DNA from: Atractiella rhizophila
Taxonomy: Eukaryota
DNA length: 64,000 nt
Assembly (NCBI GenBank): GCA_021432655.1
Contig: MU271373.1
Span: forward strand, 1 to 64,000
Reading direction: 5' to 3'
Shown here: one piece after another, positions 36,798 through 51,183 of the stretch
Layout: every line of letters begins with the position of its first letter
How positions within the stretch are numbered: position 1 is the stretch's first letter
Made by a program: the position numbers and the translations under genes
The notes under the pieces: generated by a model
Seen by the model: the letters and a program-made list of their open reading frames with translations, nothing else
Databases searched by the model: none
What the model was told of the DNA's origin: nothing

Positions 36798-38841
36798 TGG
36801 CGTTGTTGATATGCAAGTTAGGTAGCTGCTGAGTAGAAAGTGGGGGATCGGGACGAGACTGCATCTTATGAGGAGCTGCAGGCTGGAAAGCGTCCGGGAT
36901 CCCGTTGTGCAGAAGGGGATCGCACCAACAAATAAGACCAACCATCAGGCGGCGAACACGATACTGGGTCAGATTGCGATTATCAGGCGGGATAAGAGGA
37001 AGGAAGGGGCAGTGCGAACGGGGTACAATCTTTAATTCATTCATAATGGATAAAGCGCGTCACCAAACGTTACTCAAACACAGAGCTTTTTCCTTCGAGC
37101 AGTGCACTGTGCAGGAGAAGGATGAGCTGATCAACAATACTTCCAACGACCATTTGTGCCGTTTCGATAGTTTACGCCTTCAGAACAGTTCAGAAAGCAG
37201 AATGCGTAGAAAACAAGGATTATAATGTCGCTATCTGATCTAGATATTTAACCTCTCGTCTGGATTGCAATGAATCGAGATCAACGAGAGTCCCATTGTT
37301 CGAGTACATTTCGAATAGCTCCAAATATATTGACTTTCTTATGGCAATGTTCGCTGCTCAGTCCCTGTCAAACGTCAAACCGGGTCAAACGAAGAATAGA
37401 CATAAAATACAACATCTTTTTCAAAGATTGGGAGTCAATCTCTTCTGTACAAAAATGGACAATTTGTACCTCATTTATCTCAGATTAGGCAATTTTGCTT
37501 AATCATTCAGATAAATATGACATGACGTTTGCATGACATACGGTTATTATAATAGGTACTTTGCATTCAGTTCTAAGCTGTGGAGCATTGAACAAGGATG
37601 CAAATGACTTGGGGCTTTCTCTCCCTATCAATCTCTCTACTCAATGCTCATGCCATAGCGCTTTTCTCACCGAAAAATTCGTTGAAAGTCCCTCCTCGCG
37701 GAGGGATCGAGGAGAGAGATGAGATTCCAAAAGAGGTAAGATGGAGGTAACAATGTCTCAGCTGGAGGGGAACATTGAGTTGGAATTTTCCTTACCAGAC
37801 AATTAAATGACTGTAAAGGTCTAAGACCCTTTGAGTTGCGTTGCTAGCATTGAAATATCGGAAGTTCGACGGTGCTGGTTCACTCAACACCAGAACTTCC
37901 GAGCAGTACAGAGCCAACGGATTCATATCGGCATGCTGAAGCAGCCAAAGCGCAAAATGATGAAGAAACCAAAATAGTAATTTGAAGCAGGAGTCAACTT
38001 CGACTTGCAGCCTAATTTGGACTGGACGTACGTCCTCTATGCTCTCTATGATCTTCACTGAGTTCACTCAGAATAGCTCTAAAGGCGTGCAATTAGAACA
38101 GCTTCGAAGAACACCGTGTTAAAGACCTCGAGTGATCCGATTGGAATAATTCAGCAAGTTCGGCACTGGTCAGTCGCGTCGCCATTGTCGTAAACACTTT
38201 ACAAGTTGTATGCGACATTCAGACCAATGCAGACTCTGCATCCTCGTTTCCATTTCTCTCAACAAATCACCTGTCGTTTCTGTTCTCAAACGTGATCAGC
38301 AGCTTGTCTGCTGGCACACGTCCTCCATTCAACTCCTCGAATCGAAAGCAATGTAGTCATCTTGGTCAAGTCGTTCCTCCTAATAGCCCTCCTTGTGTCA
38401 TTGCAAGAATTTTCCAATCACCTGTCCATATACATTGCATGCATGTATGGAACTTCTGTTGTGGCTTCGAAAGTGACAGAAAAGCCTCCTCATTGCATTT
38501 TCATTTTACTTCGACGTGACAAACGTAGCACTCTGAAATTTGGAGAGAGAGCACTGACACGCACTCTGAGTATTAGTACGCTAGCAATGCTTTCCGGAGT
38601 AGCGTTAACAGAGCATCCTCCAATCATAAAACCTCAGCAGAACCCATGTACCATGTACTCAGCCTGGTCAACTATGATGCTTCTTCAAACCCGCGGGCGC
38701 ACGGGACTGGAATGCGGATCTGCGGACAAAGTCGTTTAGCTGGCACCAACTCACCAACCAACACATCCCTCAGAGGAAGCGTTTAAACGTCCAGATTGCC
38801 TGAGCAGCACAACTTCTCGTCGTATAGCCAAGAAGCTCAAG

Positions 38842-39811
<970 letters not shown>

Positions 39812-40420
39812 ACGGTTGCTTCCCTCTACCAGTGTCGAAAACGAACCATAAAGACTATTCCTTTTTTATGTGCGTTGCGTCGCTTTGTGACAATTACAAA
39901 GATGAAGAAAATATGGAAATATTTGTTGTCGAACCTCCACCTGTTTCGGACCGACTCGAAATGTTTAACTTTTTCTGTTGAGCCTGCTCCTGCCTGCTTG
40001 GGACGATGGAATGAATGTCTGTTTATTGTCTAGAGATTTTGTGCGGCCAGAATACTTGCGACCAATTTGTTTTGCGCATTAGAGGCAGTACAGGCAATCA
40101 AGTTAAGGTAGCCCTCTTTCATCAGCTTCACCTACATAGGGTAGTTTGTCAACGATCGCTTGAGGTCTTCCAATGCCATGCAGGGAGCAAAACTTGAAGT
40201 GACAGAAATGTAGTATGCGGCGTATTCAAACCATTGTATTACGGAACCGCACCAAAATACTTAACACCTTCAGCGAATTGCTGAATAAAAGAAGTCAAGA
40301 CATTCAAGGGAGAAAACAAGAAACAGCCAAAATTATAAACCAGAAGAAAGTCCCTTTTGAAAGAAATAAGAAATACCGAATATGAGGATTTGTAAAGAGA
40401 GCCAAAACGAGAAAACATGT

Positions 40421-41848
40421 TCAAAGGTCGAAGTCAATGCCCAGGGCGTCGAGGTCAACCCCAAGGACACAGGTCCCTCCAATCTTCACAACAATGCCAT
40501 CCTTGCAAGTGCTGCACCGTCGCCGAAGACACGTCAAAAGTTGAACGATTAGGGACGGGGGGACAAGAGGAGGACAAACCATTTATAATCGTTGCTTAGA
40601 ATGGTGAGGAGAGCTCCAGGGGGACATTTCGGCTTCACGACACACTTTCCTCCAGAGAGGTAGTGGGTTGAAGGGCAAGAGACGCATTTTCCGTTCAACG
40701 TTCCGCAATCGGGTCTGCAGACGCATTGACCTTTCGAATTTCTGACCTCGTTCGTTCCACACTTGGGGCGGCATTGACCGTTAACGACTTCAGAAGCTAC
40801 AGAAGAGAATCATGAACACGGTCAAAGGAAACGCAAGGACTCACATGAGGGACAAACACAGTGCCATTGCCCGTTCACAGCTTTGAGAGACTGCCCAGAT
40901 GGACAATTAGGAGTAGGCTTGCAAGTTCCATCTAGCATCTTGTATCCTATCCCGATAAGACATTGTCAGATCAATTTTCATTAGGGGAGAGGGAGAAATA
41001 CCGTCATCGCAAACGCATGTCCACTCTCCATGGGAGAGGCTGACATGCGAATGAGAAGGACAGGATGCGGGAACTGGGAGACAATTGGTTCCCGCCATCT
41101 TGTATCCTTTCTTGCAAACACATTTGCCGTTGACACGATCCGCGTGATCGCCGCAGGTAGGTGAGCACACGTTGTGGCCGGTAAGCTCGTATCCTGTATC
41201 CACAGAAAACGAATCTCAGTCGCCGTGAAGGAAACAGGAAGGAAGGAACAGGCAACAGAGGAGGCGACAGACCAGCTTTGCAAATGCATTTCAAGACGCC
41301 GTTGACAAGTTTGACATCCGAATTCGCGCCACATGTTGGAATTTCGACACAAACTCCGTTAACGAGCCTGTATCCATCGTCGCACTCGCACTTGACACCA
41401 CCATTCTGGCAATGGAAATGAGAGTGGGAACCGTAGCCGGAAGTAATAGACGCTTGAAGAACCGATCGCTGTCACACCGAGAGGTTCAGTACGTATCCTT
41501 ACTGCAAGGAGCGGAAGAGAAGAGTGGAAAGGGTTGGAGGGAGGGAAGACAAACCGAGTTAAGAGCGCAAACGCAGATATCCGTCTGCCCCAACTTGAGC
41601 AGAGTGGAACCGAGAAGGTCGACCTTGAGTGGGCTGACATGAACGAAAGCGCAAATGCCATCCTCAAGACCGTAAGTCGAAGGGTTGAGAGCATTGAGGA
41701 GTCCGTCGGTCGTGCCCTTGAGGAGATCTCCAACACCGCCTAAATCGAGACCGAGGTCGAGAGCGCGTTCGACAACAACGGGAGTTGGGCTGGAGAATAC
41801 GCGGGTGGCAACGAAAGCCAGAGTAGAGAGCTTAAGAAATGAAGCCAT
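40421..41848 (-). CDS. Secreted cysteine-rich repeat protein (EGF-like C-x-C-x-x-GY repeats); multi-exon
   Basis: Signal peptide MASFLKLSTLAFVATRVFS. Repeats CECDDGYRLVNGVC, CICKAGY, CVCKKGYKMAGTNC, CVCDDGYKMLDGTC. Ends LGVDLDALGIDFDL*. TATAAAA on the minus strand near 42104-42110. Confidence 0.75.
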
Positions 41849-43123
41849 TCTGTCCATTGGTCCCTGTCAGAGCGTTCTGGGAACATGAAGAGAGGGAAGG
41901 ACGAACTTCGAGGGTCGATCCTTATCAAATATCGAACAAATTTGCCTCAAATAAAATTTGGATTACAATAATGTGAATCGAAAGATAAGTACTCAAATTT
42001 ACTCAAACCGAATACGACGAAACTTGAAGACCCAGAAGACCCAAGAAGTCAGAAGAAAAGAATTTGAAGGAGTTGACGGACGTTGTGGGCTGGAGCGGCT
42101 CGCTTTTATAGCTTAGAGCAGTGGGAGAAAGGGGTTATGCTTTGCCAAACTTTGGCCCGCTCCACAGAGCTTCCGTGAGAAAAACGGGAAAGTGAGACAT
42201 TTGTTGAGGGAAAGGCCAAGCAATACTCATCTTTTTCCAACCCAGTTTCTCACCTAACTCATGGCGGGAAGGGAGTGCCACGGTCGGCATCACACGAGTT
42301 CTGAGAGCGACACCATGGGGTCGAGATATGATAGTTTGTAGTCACAAAGCCGCAAAGGCACCATCAGGCGAATGCTACTGCTTCTCATCAAGCCTCCGTA
42401 CTCACTAAATCGCCACGCCAGTTTCGTCAAGAGAATCGGCAAAGACCCAAATGAAATTTAATGAAGTCTGGATCTTTCTGGAGAAGCGAACAAGACGGCT
42501 TTCCAGGGAACCAAAGCTGTGAGAAAACCAAACCTGCCACACCACTGGCCGTCACTTCCAGTGAAACTCAATTAGTGCCAAGATGGAATGAGACTGCATA
42601 ACTTAAGTGTTCGGAAACAACGACAATGCCTATGGTAGCTACGTGACCTGGAGAATGAGACTGCCATAGAAATCATGGTCTGGCCATGAAGGTACCTGAA
42701 GACCTTGAATGTTTCCTTGAGACTAGTAGTGAATGGACGCGGGCAACAAATACACTTCGTATCTGCATGAACCCGCTTTAAAGGAACCAAAAAACAAACG
42801 TAGACATAACCGCGACTTCAGACTTTGATCTTGCAGGATCTTGGAATATTTTCCTCTAAATTCGCATGATATAAGAAGTAGCACCGATTATGGATATTTG
42901 CATGACGCTCTTCGGTCAGTCTAGGCATACGCTCTGCTAGTATGGAAAGATGTGGTCCGGAAAGAATATACACAAGAAACGTGTATGAAGAGATAAGTTA
43001 GGCAGTCAAGAAGTTGGGAAGCCGTCCATGGACAGTCGCCGCTGGTACATCGACTCATAGGGTATGTCCACTATAAACCGACAGCAGGTTAGCACCATTC
43101 ATAGTCAGCTTGAATGAGGAATC

Positions 43124-43609
43124 TCACCCGTGCCTTTTCCGCACGTCCTTCGTCTCCTCACAGTGACACCCTTCCTCCTTCTCCTCTGCCACACAAACCG
43201 CAACGACGGTGTCCTGATCGTGGCTTAGACTGAGGAAAAGCTGCAACTTTTCGTTTCCTTTTCCTGGGACGAAAGCGATCCTCGGTTTCTGCATCACCTT
43301 CGAGACTTCCAATTCTTTCCAAGTCGGTTTCAAAAGTGGATAGACAGCTTTGTAGGCTGCTTCCTTCGCTGCCCAGCTACAACGGATGCAATTATGGGTA
43401 TTTTGGAGCACTTGACGGGAATGGACACACCGTGTCGCCAGAAATTGGAGGGCAGCGTCTGATAAAAGGTCTTGATAGCTGAGAAACTCTGCTCGTTCAT
43501 TACTTGTCAGAATTCGATCTGCCAGCCTGGAGCGGCTGGAAGGCAGCCTCCCGAATAAAGAGGACAGCCTAGAGAGGTGTATGAGGTCAACTCCAACCCC
43601 GTAAATCAT
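43124..43609 (-). CDS. PPT2: AcpS-type 4'-phosphopantetheinyl transferase (holo-ACP synthase); 2 exons
   Basis: MIYGVGVDL, FLATR|WAAKEAAYKA and LSLSHDQD. 54-nt intron at 43430-43377. Confidence 0.85.
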   Translation of the reverse strand: MIYGVGVDLIHLSRLSSLFGRLPSSRSRLADRILTSNERAEFLSYQDLLSDAALQFLATRCVHSRQVLQNTHNCIRCSWAAKEAAYKAVYPLLKPTWKELEVSKVMQKPRIAFVPGKGNEKLQLFLSLSHDQDTVVAVCVAEEKEEGCHCEETKDVRKRHG

Positions 43610-43859
43610 CTTATTCGTCGTTTGGCTCGACTGGCAGCTTCAACGTCGTCTTTCAAGTACTTCCAAGTTCCAGTGTAGTCACGTTTGAACTCAACTTGGA
43701 AACATGTCGCGTCCGGGACCCGAAATCGGAGATAGACAGGAGGAACGAAACAACCCCTATGCAATAGTCAGCTTCCCTTCTCCCTCAGCTCCCTTCCTCG
43801 AAAACTCCCGCGATTCAGCTCTCCAGTAGCGACTTTACGCGTAACACTGCTTTACAGGC

Positions 43860-45442
43860 ATGAACTTCTTCAAATCCAAAGTCAAGACGCCGTCCGAGCT
43901 CGTGCGTCTGATTAAGGACAACCTCTCAAGATTGGATCTTAACGGTTCGGCAAATGTTGAAGTTAGGAAGAAGGTGTGTTGTTGCGTTATCGTGATGTGT
44001 GTGGAGGAGCCAGAGACTGATTGGATTGGCATGGGAAAAGACGGTGGAGGATATCTCAAAGCACTTGTATCAGGTCAAGGTCGTGCTGTACGGTGATGGA
44101 GGTGAGTCTCTGCGTCCTTTGCATCGAGACGGAATGAGAGAGAGATACATGCGTGTGAATAGACCAAGAAGTGGATCCCAACACCGTTTCCCAGCTCGCC
44201 ATTGAGATATACTCTGCCGATCTCCTGGGCCTGCTCGTTATCAACCTCTGGAAGCTCGAGTTCGAAGTGTGTTCTGTTCTCCTAAGGAAATGCTGAGCTA
44301 ATTGAATTGCTGCTATTGCGAAAAGGCAAGGAAAGACGTGTGTCAAATCTTCAATATTCTCCTACGACGGCAGATCGGAACCAGGCTACCAACCGTTGAT
44401 TACCTAGCAACAAAAGAGGATGTCATCTTTTCCCTCCTTCGTGGGTTAGTTTTTCAATTCTTCCTTACCTGCAGTTTGTGTGCGCAGCGACTGATGGTGC
44501 AAGCGAACGGTTAACAGCTACGAGAATCCTGAGATCGCACTCAACACTGGACTGATCCTCCGAGAACTTCTACGGCATGAACAACTCGCGCGAGTATTAC
44601 TATACTCAGAACAGTGCGCATTTCCTAGTCTCGATTCAATAGTGCATGTGAATGGACTAAGTTATTTTGATGCAGATTTTATCTTTTCTTTGGCTACATC
44701 GAACAGACCACCTTCGGGATAGCCTGTGACGCAATGGCAAACTTCAAAGTCAGTCGTTTGATCTCCCCTCGGCACTCGATTCCACGGTTTCCTGACATTT
44801 TTCGCATTGGTTGATGTAGGATACCCTCACAAAACACAAGCCCATTGTAGCAGAATACCTTGAGAAGAATTATGATCGGGTTCGTCTCCTTCCAACTCTA
44901 CTCCTCTAGACCTGCGAAATCTTATGGACGTGGCAGTTCTTCACAGCATACAACGCCCTTGTTCAATCCAACAACTACGTAACGAAGCGCCAATCTCTAA
45001 AACTCCTAGGAGAAATCCTCCTCGACCGCTCGAATTTCACAATCATGACTAAATACATTGCAGAAGAGGATAACCTGAAGATGATGATGAATTTATTGAG
45101 GGACAAGAGCAAGAATATTCAGTTTGAAGCTTTTCATGTTTTCAAGGTTTGCTTCTCACCGATTTGCTCAAGGAAGAGGGGGAGTGACTGATCGAGTGGT
45201 TTACGTCTGACAAAATAGGTCTTCGTCGCTAATCCGAAGAAGCCGCCGCAGATTGAGGCTATCCTGAGGAGGAATAAAGAAAAACTGATAGGTTTCCTAC
45301 AGAACTTTCACAATGACAAAGAAGGTCCGTCCCGTCCTACCCTCCTTCTTCTCAGTATGGACGATTCATTAATGCATTCCTAACAGATGAGCAGTTCAGC
45401 GACGAGAAAGCATTTTTGCTCAACCAAATTCAGAAGCTTTAG
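43860..45442 (+). CDS. HYM1: MO25/Hym1 scaffold protein; multi-exon
   Basis: [79 protein letters not shown] and DEQFSDEK. Confidence 0.95.
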
Positions 45443-46112
45443 TCAAACTCCTTCCCTTCTCGTCTTCTGTCTCCCCTTCCTTCACTATTCCGCTTGTCCA
45501 AACTCTCCGAGACTCTCGTATTTCAGCCTTCTATCATGAGTACTATCAGTTCAATAACCGGTACCCTCATATATCTGTATCAACACGCGTACTTCTGTTT
45601 GCTTAATCACAGCTTGCTCTACACGACACACAACATCTACTCTTTCTCTGTATCGTTGCCTAAGAGTCCCTTTCTCACTTTCAAAGGTGCAACCTCTTCC
45701 GTTGGCATCACACTCCAAGGTGTGCCTGGACCTTACCCTTTTCCTTTTATCCTTTCTGATAAACTAAACAACTATCCTTCCGTCTTAAGGAGTCCTTTGT
45801 CAAATACACACTAAGCATCTGTAGATTTTTTGAGATTCTTTATCGTGGATTCCTCTTCAATGCTTCTGACTCCCACGACTTGAGTTACACCTGAAAGACG
45901 GAATCCATTCCATTCAAAACAATTTCTGTCCTGCAGATGCAGATCTAAAAGCTGGTGAAGCCGTCCCTTGTCCTGGATCTAAAGGTTCCACATGGCCAAT
46001 CTTTCGGCCTTCCAGCGCAATAAACACTTCTCTTCACCAGGTGTACGAGCCTAGATCCTTTCCCTCGGTCTTTCAGAGGGTTTATACTTCACCTCGTACA
46101 AGTTGGCCAAAG

Positions 46113-49100
46113 ATGGATCCACAGATGTTGGACCTGCGTCAATTCGACTTTTGTAATACCTTTTGGGGTCAAACTACCAAGGGTGGAGTCGAGAATGTGT
46201 TGGAGAATGTGAAGGTGGGAAGTAAGGTATTGCAGGAGCTGGCGAGGTGGTATCAGGAGAGGTGAGTTACTGTCCTTTGGAAGTGCATAGAATGTTTGGG
46301 GAGCGAGAGAGATGTTTTCCGAGGAATGAAGGGAATCAAAGATTACTTTCCATATCACTCACCTTCATTGACTGCGTCACTGAGCCTGATATTGCGGGAT
46401 AACAAGTGAAAGAAATCAGGCTTGAGACATCTGCCTTATCGGTGTGTATAATATGCCTTGACAAGAACGTTACTTGGAAGCGGCGCAGAGTACATTCATT
46501 ATTCTAGTATGCATGCCCATTCTACTCGTGATGCGGGTCTTTCCATGTTTCCTTTTTCATAGCCAGAAATGAATCACTACACGGCCTGATAAGCAACTAA
46601 AATGTTGGACACTGTCTGACAACTACGTGCCGAGGATGACAAAGAGCGGAAACCAATGTTCTTCCAACATTATGTCGGCGTAGATGTTGTCGGATTTAGA
46701 AGCAGACAGAATTGTGCAACAACCAATGCTACATTTAGATTCCTCTTCTTTACAACTTCGTCGTACTAATGCGTCTGTGGTTAATTCTGGCAGGGCCTCA
46801 ATCGAAGAAGAATACGGCAAACGACTCGCTAAACTGTCCCGCCAGCGACTTGGGTATGCTGAATTTGGTACCCTTCGAACAGCCCTAGACCGGTGTCGCA
46901 CGGAGCTGGCGAAGACAGCGCAATGCCATCAGAATTTGTCGACGGTGATGGGGAAGGAGCTGGGAGATGGTATCGAAGAGTTTCTCAAGCGGCGAGAGGG
47001 CTTACGGAAAGGAGTACGTCAACCATCCCATCATTTAGGATATGCTGCTGACGAAGTTTACAGCCGCAAAATTCGATCGAGAAGCTGCATAAGACGCGGA
47101 AACAGCAAGAAGAGGCTGCATTGAAGGTATGCTCGGTCTCTTGATCTCAATCGATCTGGCTGAGCAAGGACGCGAGTAGTCGCGTCGGAAGTTTGAAGAG
47201 TTTGCAGTATCCGTAAACGAGCTCACGGCGCAGAGCAGCCTCACCCAAGGGAAAGAGTACGATAAACTGAGTGTGAAGCTTGACAGGGCCAAGGGCAATG
47301 CAGATGGAAATCAACAGGAATATGAGAACGCTTGCAAAATGTTGAAAGATACGACGATGTATGTTCCCTCTTTCCTGTTCACTACCTGGATGCTGAATGA
47401 TTGTTTATAGCAAGTGGAATACAGAGTGGAAGGGATTTCTCGATGTACGCCACATGCCAACGGTGTTCTAGCCTACTAACCACTAATATAGCTTGCTCAA
47501 GATCTTGAAGAATCTCGACGAGATTTCATCAAGGCATCATTGTGGGAGTATGCCAATGCCGTCTCGACAGTATGTGTAGTAGATGATGAAGTGTGTTTGT
47601 CTCTCTCGGCTGAGAAGTACTCTGATGCGCGGTTCAGTCTTGTGAACGCGTGCGGACCTCTTTAGAAGCCACGCACACTCCTCTCGATCTCCATACCTTC
47701 GTCTCCCAAAAAGGGACAGGACCGGAGATCTACGATCCGGTACCCTATGTCGATTTTGCTGCAGGAGAATCCACTCCGGCTGTCCAGACATTCCGAATCG
47801 CCGACTATGCCAGAGCCTCGACCCATCCTCGAATACGCCCAGTGCCCTCGAGTATCCAAGATCTCGTTGGCGCTATCCAAACCCGCCCAAACACTCCTGG
47901 AGAGGAGATCCCCAGCGCGCCTCCGTCCCCGAGCATCAACACGAGTAAGACAAACTTAGGTCTACCAGGGAAGGAGGAGAGGGATGAGCAGAGGAAACGA
48001 ACACTCGAAGGCCCGAATGCTAACGGGGCTGGAAGTGGAACCGTTGGGTCCATGGCAAGGGCCAGCGAGAGTACATCTAGTCTCAACAAGCTTGCAAGCC
48101 CTTCACCCAAGCCAGCAAATTCCGAAGTCACTTCTCCCAAGTTAAACCTGTCAATCTCCATTGGAGGTGCGGGAAGGGAGAACGGGGTGGAAGGAGAGGG
48201 AGAAGGGGGTGTTGGGACACCTTCAGGAGCCGGTAGAAAATTTACCGCGTCTGCCTTCCAGAAGGCAGCTCCCATACCTGCGGATCGTCGCCCTGCCGTC
48301 AACAAATCTTCGACCTTCGTCGCAGAGCCTGATCCCCTTCAGGCTGCGCTCGAGAAACTCAAGAACTCGAGCAACCCTGCATCATCAGAACCACCTCGTG
48401 CTGGGTCTATTTCTGCAGGAGCCGGAAAAGTGCCTCAACCACGCGATACACTGGAAAGTCTCCTTGTAAACATGGCAGCAGTTGGTGGAAGTCCTAGTGG
48501 TACTCTCCAGACAATCGTTAGTCCGACCGTCATGCAGCCTGTCCAACCACTGTTAAAAGGAATAACAACCCCACGAGGAAGTGGCAATATGCAAGCTGAG
48601 CAAGAAGCAGCGACAAATGGTCCTATGCGCACTGGAACCCCTCTTTCCCTAAACCCGACACCAAATCCCAATGGACAAACCTCGGCACCTCCACCACAGG
48701 AAAGAAGGCCGTCACTCTCGCTTCCTGGCACGACGGAGCAGCTTCCTGCTTCCGGCGGAGCGAGACCACCATCGCGATCCGGAAGCCCAAGTGCTGTTGC
48801 CGTTCCTGCTTCGCACATGTTTACGGCACCCCCGCCAGCTCTTCCTGCAACTTCGGCCCCACCTGCTCCTCCAATTCAAGCCTCGGGTCCACCACCACCG
48901 CCTCCTATTTCGACTCAGGCACCATCACAACCACAATCTCCGCCTCAGATGATGGGGTCGCCCAACAACCAATTCTCCCCATCTGGCTTTAACCCATATC
49001 CTCCAAATCAGTTCAATCCGATGCAGCAAAACCAATATGGCGCGCCTCCTCCAGGACCAGGTCAACAGCAACCCCCTCAACCTCAGAGACAACAGACGGG

Positions 49101-49713
49101 AACATTCCCACCGAGCACTCAAGCTCCATATGGCCAAACACCACCGTTGCAGATGCCTATGCCTCCTCACATGCCGCCTCAAATGATGGGAGGACCAATT
49201 TCGCCGCAGACACCATATGGATTCCACCCAATGATGGGCATGTACGGCGGTCAACCTGGCTTCATGCCACCTGGAGGACCATTCGGCTTCCAGCAGCCTC
49301 CACAACAACAACAACAACAGCAACAGCAACAGCAACAACCCCCTCCCCAGCAGCAACAACAACCTCCGGCAAGACAAGCCAATGGCCCTCCGCCCACCGG
49401 TCAATATACTGAGGATGGGAAACCAATCTTGTTCTATGGTACGCACTTTCTGGTCTGAAAACATCATGACTCAATGAGGTGACAGTACAAGCTATTTACG
49501 ACTATAATCCGCAGGAGGATCAAGATCTCCAATTCAGCGCTGAGGATGTGATTGCTGTGACCCACACAGACGAGACTGGTTGGTGGGAAGGTAGACGTTT
49601 TCTCTGCTTGCACATAAAAGAAGAACGCTGATATTTTTTACGTCCTAGGGGTCAAGATTGGATTGGATCAGAGTGGCAGCTTCCCCAGCAACTTCGTCAA
49701 ACTTTTGGAATAA
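46113..49713 (+). CDS. F-BAR + SH3 protein (Hof1/Cdc15/Imp2-like); multi-exon
   Basis: F-BAR: FCNTFWG, ER|ASIEEEYGKRLAKL, FIKASLWEYANAVSTVCVVDDE. Pro/Gln-rich middle. SH3: AIYDY...GWWEG...GSFPSNFVKLL*. First intron is 46262-46793 (532 nt). Confidence 0.9.
49292..49362 (+). repeat. CAA/CAG polyglutamine-coding microsatellite
   Basis: Encodes QQPPQQQQQQQQQQQQPPPQQQQQ within the F-BAR-SH3 gene. Confidence 0.9.
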
Positions 49714-49938
49714 AATGCTGCCTTACACATACATATATTGTTGGGCGAGTTGCTTGGATATTCAAGCGTTTCGGGTTATGTACATTGCGACCCCACCATT
49801 TGTGGGGGAGCTTTTATACCATCATTTAGGTCTTATGTTGCAATCATGAGTTGTGTTTTCACGCCATCATTGGTCAAAGGTCAAAGGGTTACTCAGGCTC
49901 ATGCTTTCGAAGACTGCACGCTCTTAACACTTGGAGCA

Positions 49939-50986
49939 TTAAGCCTCTATTCCCAACATGCGTAGTATAACCTTCCCAATAACGACTCCGTCATGCGCAT
50001 CAGCCGCATCCTTCATCGCCTTCTCCGCCCTTTCTTCTGAAAAGATGCCTTGCTCTCTTCTCACACCAACAATCTTCTGCACGATGTCACATGTAAACTC
50101 GGGATGACCCTGGACCGTGAATATCCGGACTGATTGGAGGTCGAAGGAAGTGGGCGAGGTGGGAGAGGAGAGCAGGATCATGCCTTGATTCGGCGCCACG
50201 GGAGAATGTGCAAGCAGTTGGAATCCTGCTGGTGCTTTGGGAACGTGGTCGCGATGCATTTGCTGGATCCTCTACAGGATGAAATAGTACCCATTAGTAT
50301 CGTCTCCATTCACAACACAGCTGCAGAGAAATTCAAGGCTCCTTTCAAACCAAAAGAAACAGACTGGCAGTGTACTCTGCGCTCATGTAAAGAATGTTAC
50401 TGATTGTGGTTGCCCGAGATTTGGTCGATAATTTATGTTTTGCAAATAAAGGACCTCTGCATAATTCTTGTCTTAGAATAAACTTGCTCACCAAGCAACC
50501 CTTATTTTCCTTGAAAACAGCCTTGCCCCAATCTGTCATCTCACAATCCACTACTCCGACCTCCCAAGCTCCATTAGATTCACAAACACTGGAATCTTCC
50601 CTTTTTCCAAAAGCCATAGCGACTATCTGATGCCCAAAACAGATCCCAATGATTTTCTTTCCCTTTTCATGCACCTCTTTCACGTAATCTACCAACTTGA
50701 GGATCCACGGGGCGGTATCGTAAGCCGTATGCTTAGATCCCGTCAGAAGGACTCCATCCGCTTCATCTAGCTCTGCAGGAGGAGGATAAGAGCCAGCAAC
50801 GACATCGTAGGACTTCACGTTCAGCGAGGCGGTTGATTCAGCTGGAATCGAAGCGACGAAGAGCGCGCAAAAGATGTCATGATAAGTGCCGTATTGGGCA
50901 AGAACTGGAGGAGCTGGAGTGTCACATAGAAGGACTATGAGGCTCTTGCTCCCGCTTGAAGCATTCGAACCGATGGTTGTTTCCAT
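49939..50986 (-). CDS. Class I glutamine amidotransferase-like protein; 2 exons
   Basis: LLTGSKH, IIGICFGHQI (nucleophile Cys), GAWEVG, QMHRDHV and VQGHPEF (His-x-Glu). Intron 50491-50272. Confidence 0.88.
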
Positions 50987-51183
50987 TTCGCATTTCGCTG
51001 CTTCATTTTGACATTTTGATTTGCGCGCATCTAACAATCATGAAAAGGTCCGAACCCAGTCCTGCTTACAACTCTGACAGGACTCAAGGACTCCAACGGA
51101 CAGTTGTGTGCTTTCTTGAACCAGTCTGAAAAACCTGTAAATATATCAGCGCTCACGGCAAAGAAACTGCTTTGGAAATGGTT

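Noticed and set aside
37200..38100. Short ORFs between AASS and calmodulin
   Set aside because: No recognisable domain and only one plausible intron; insufficient for a gene call.
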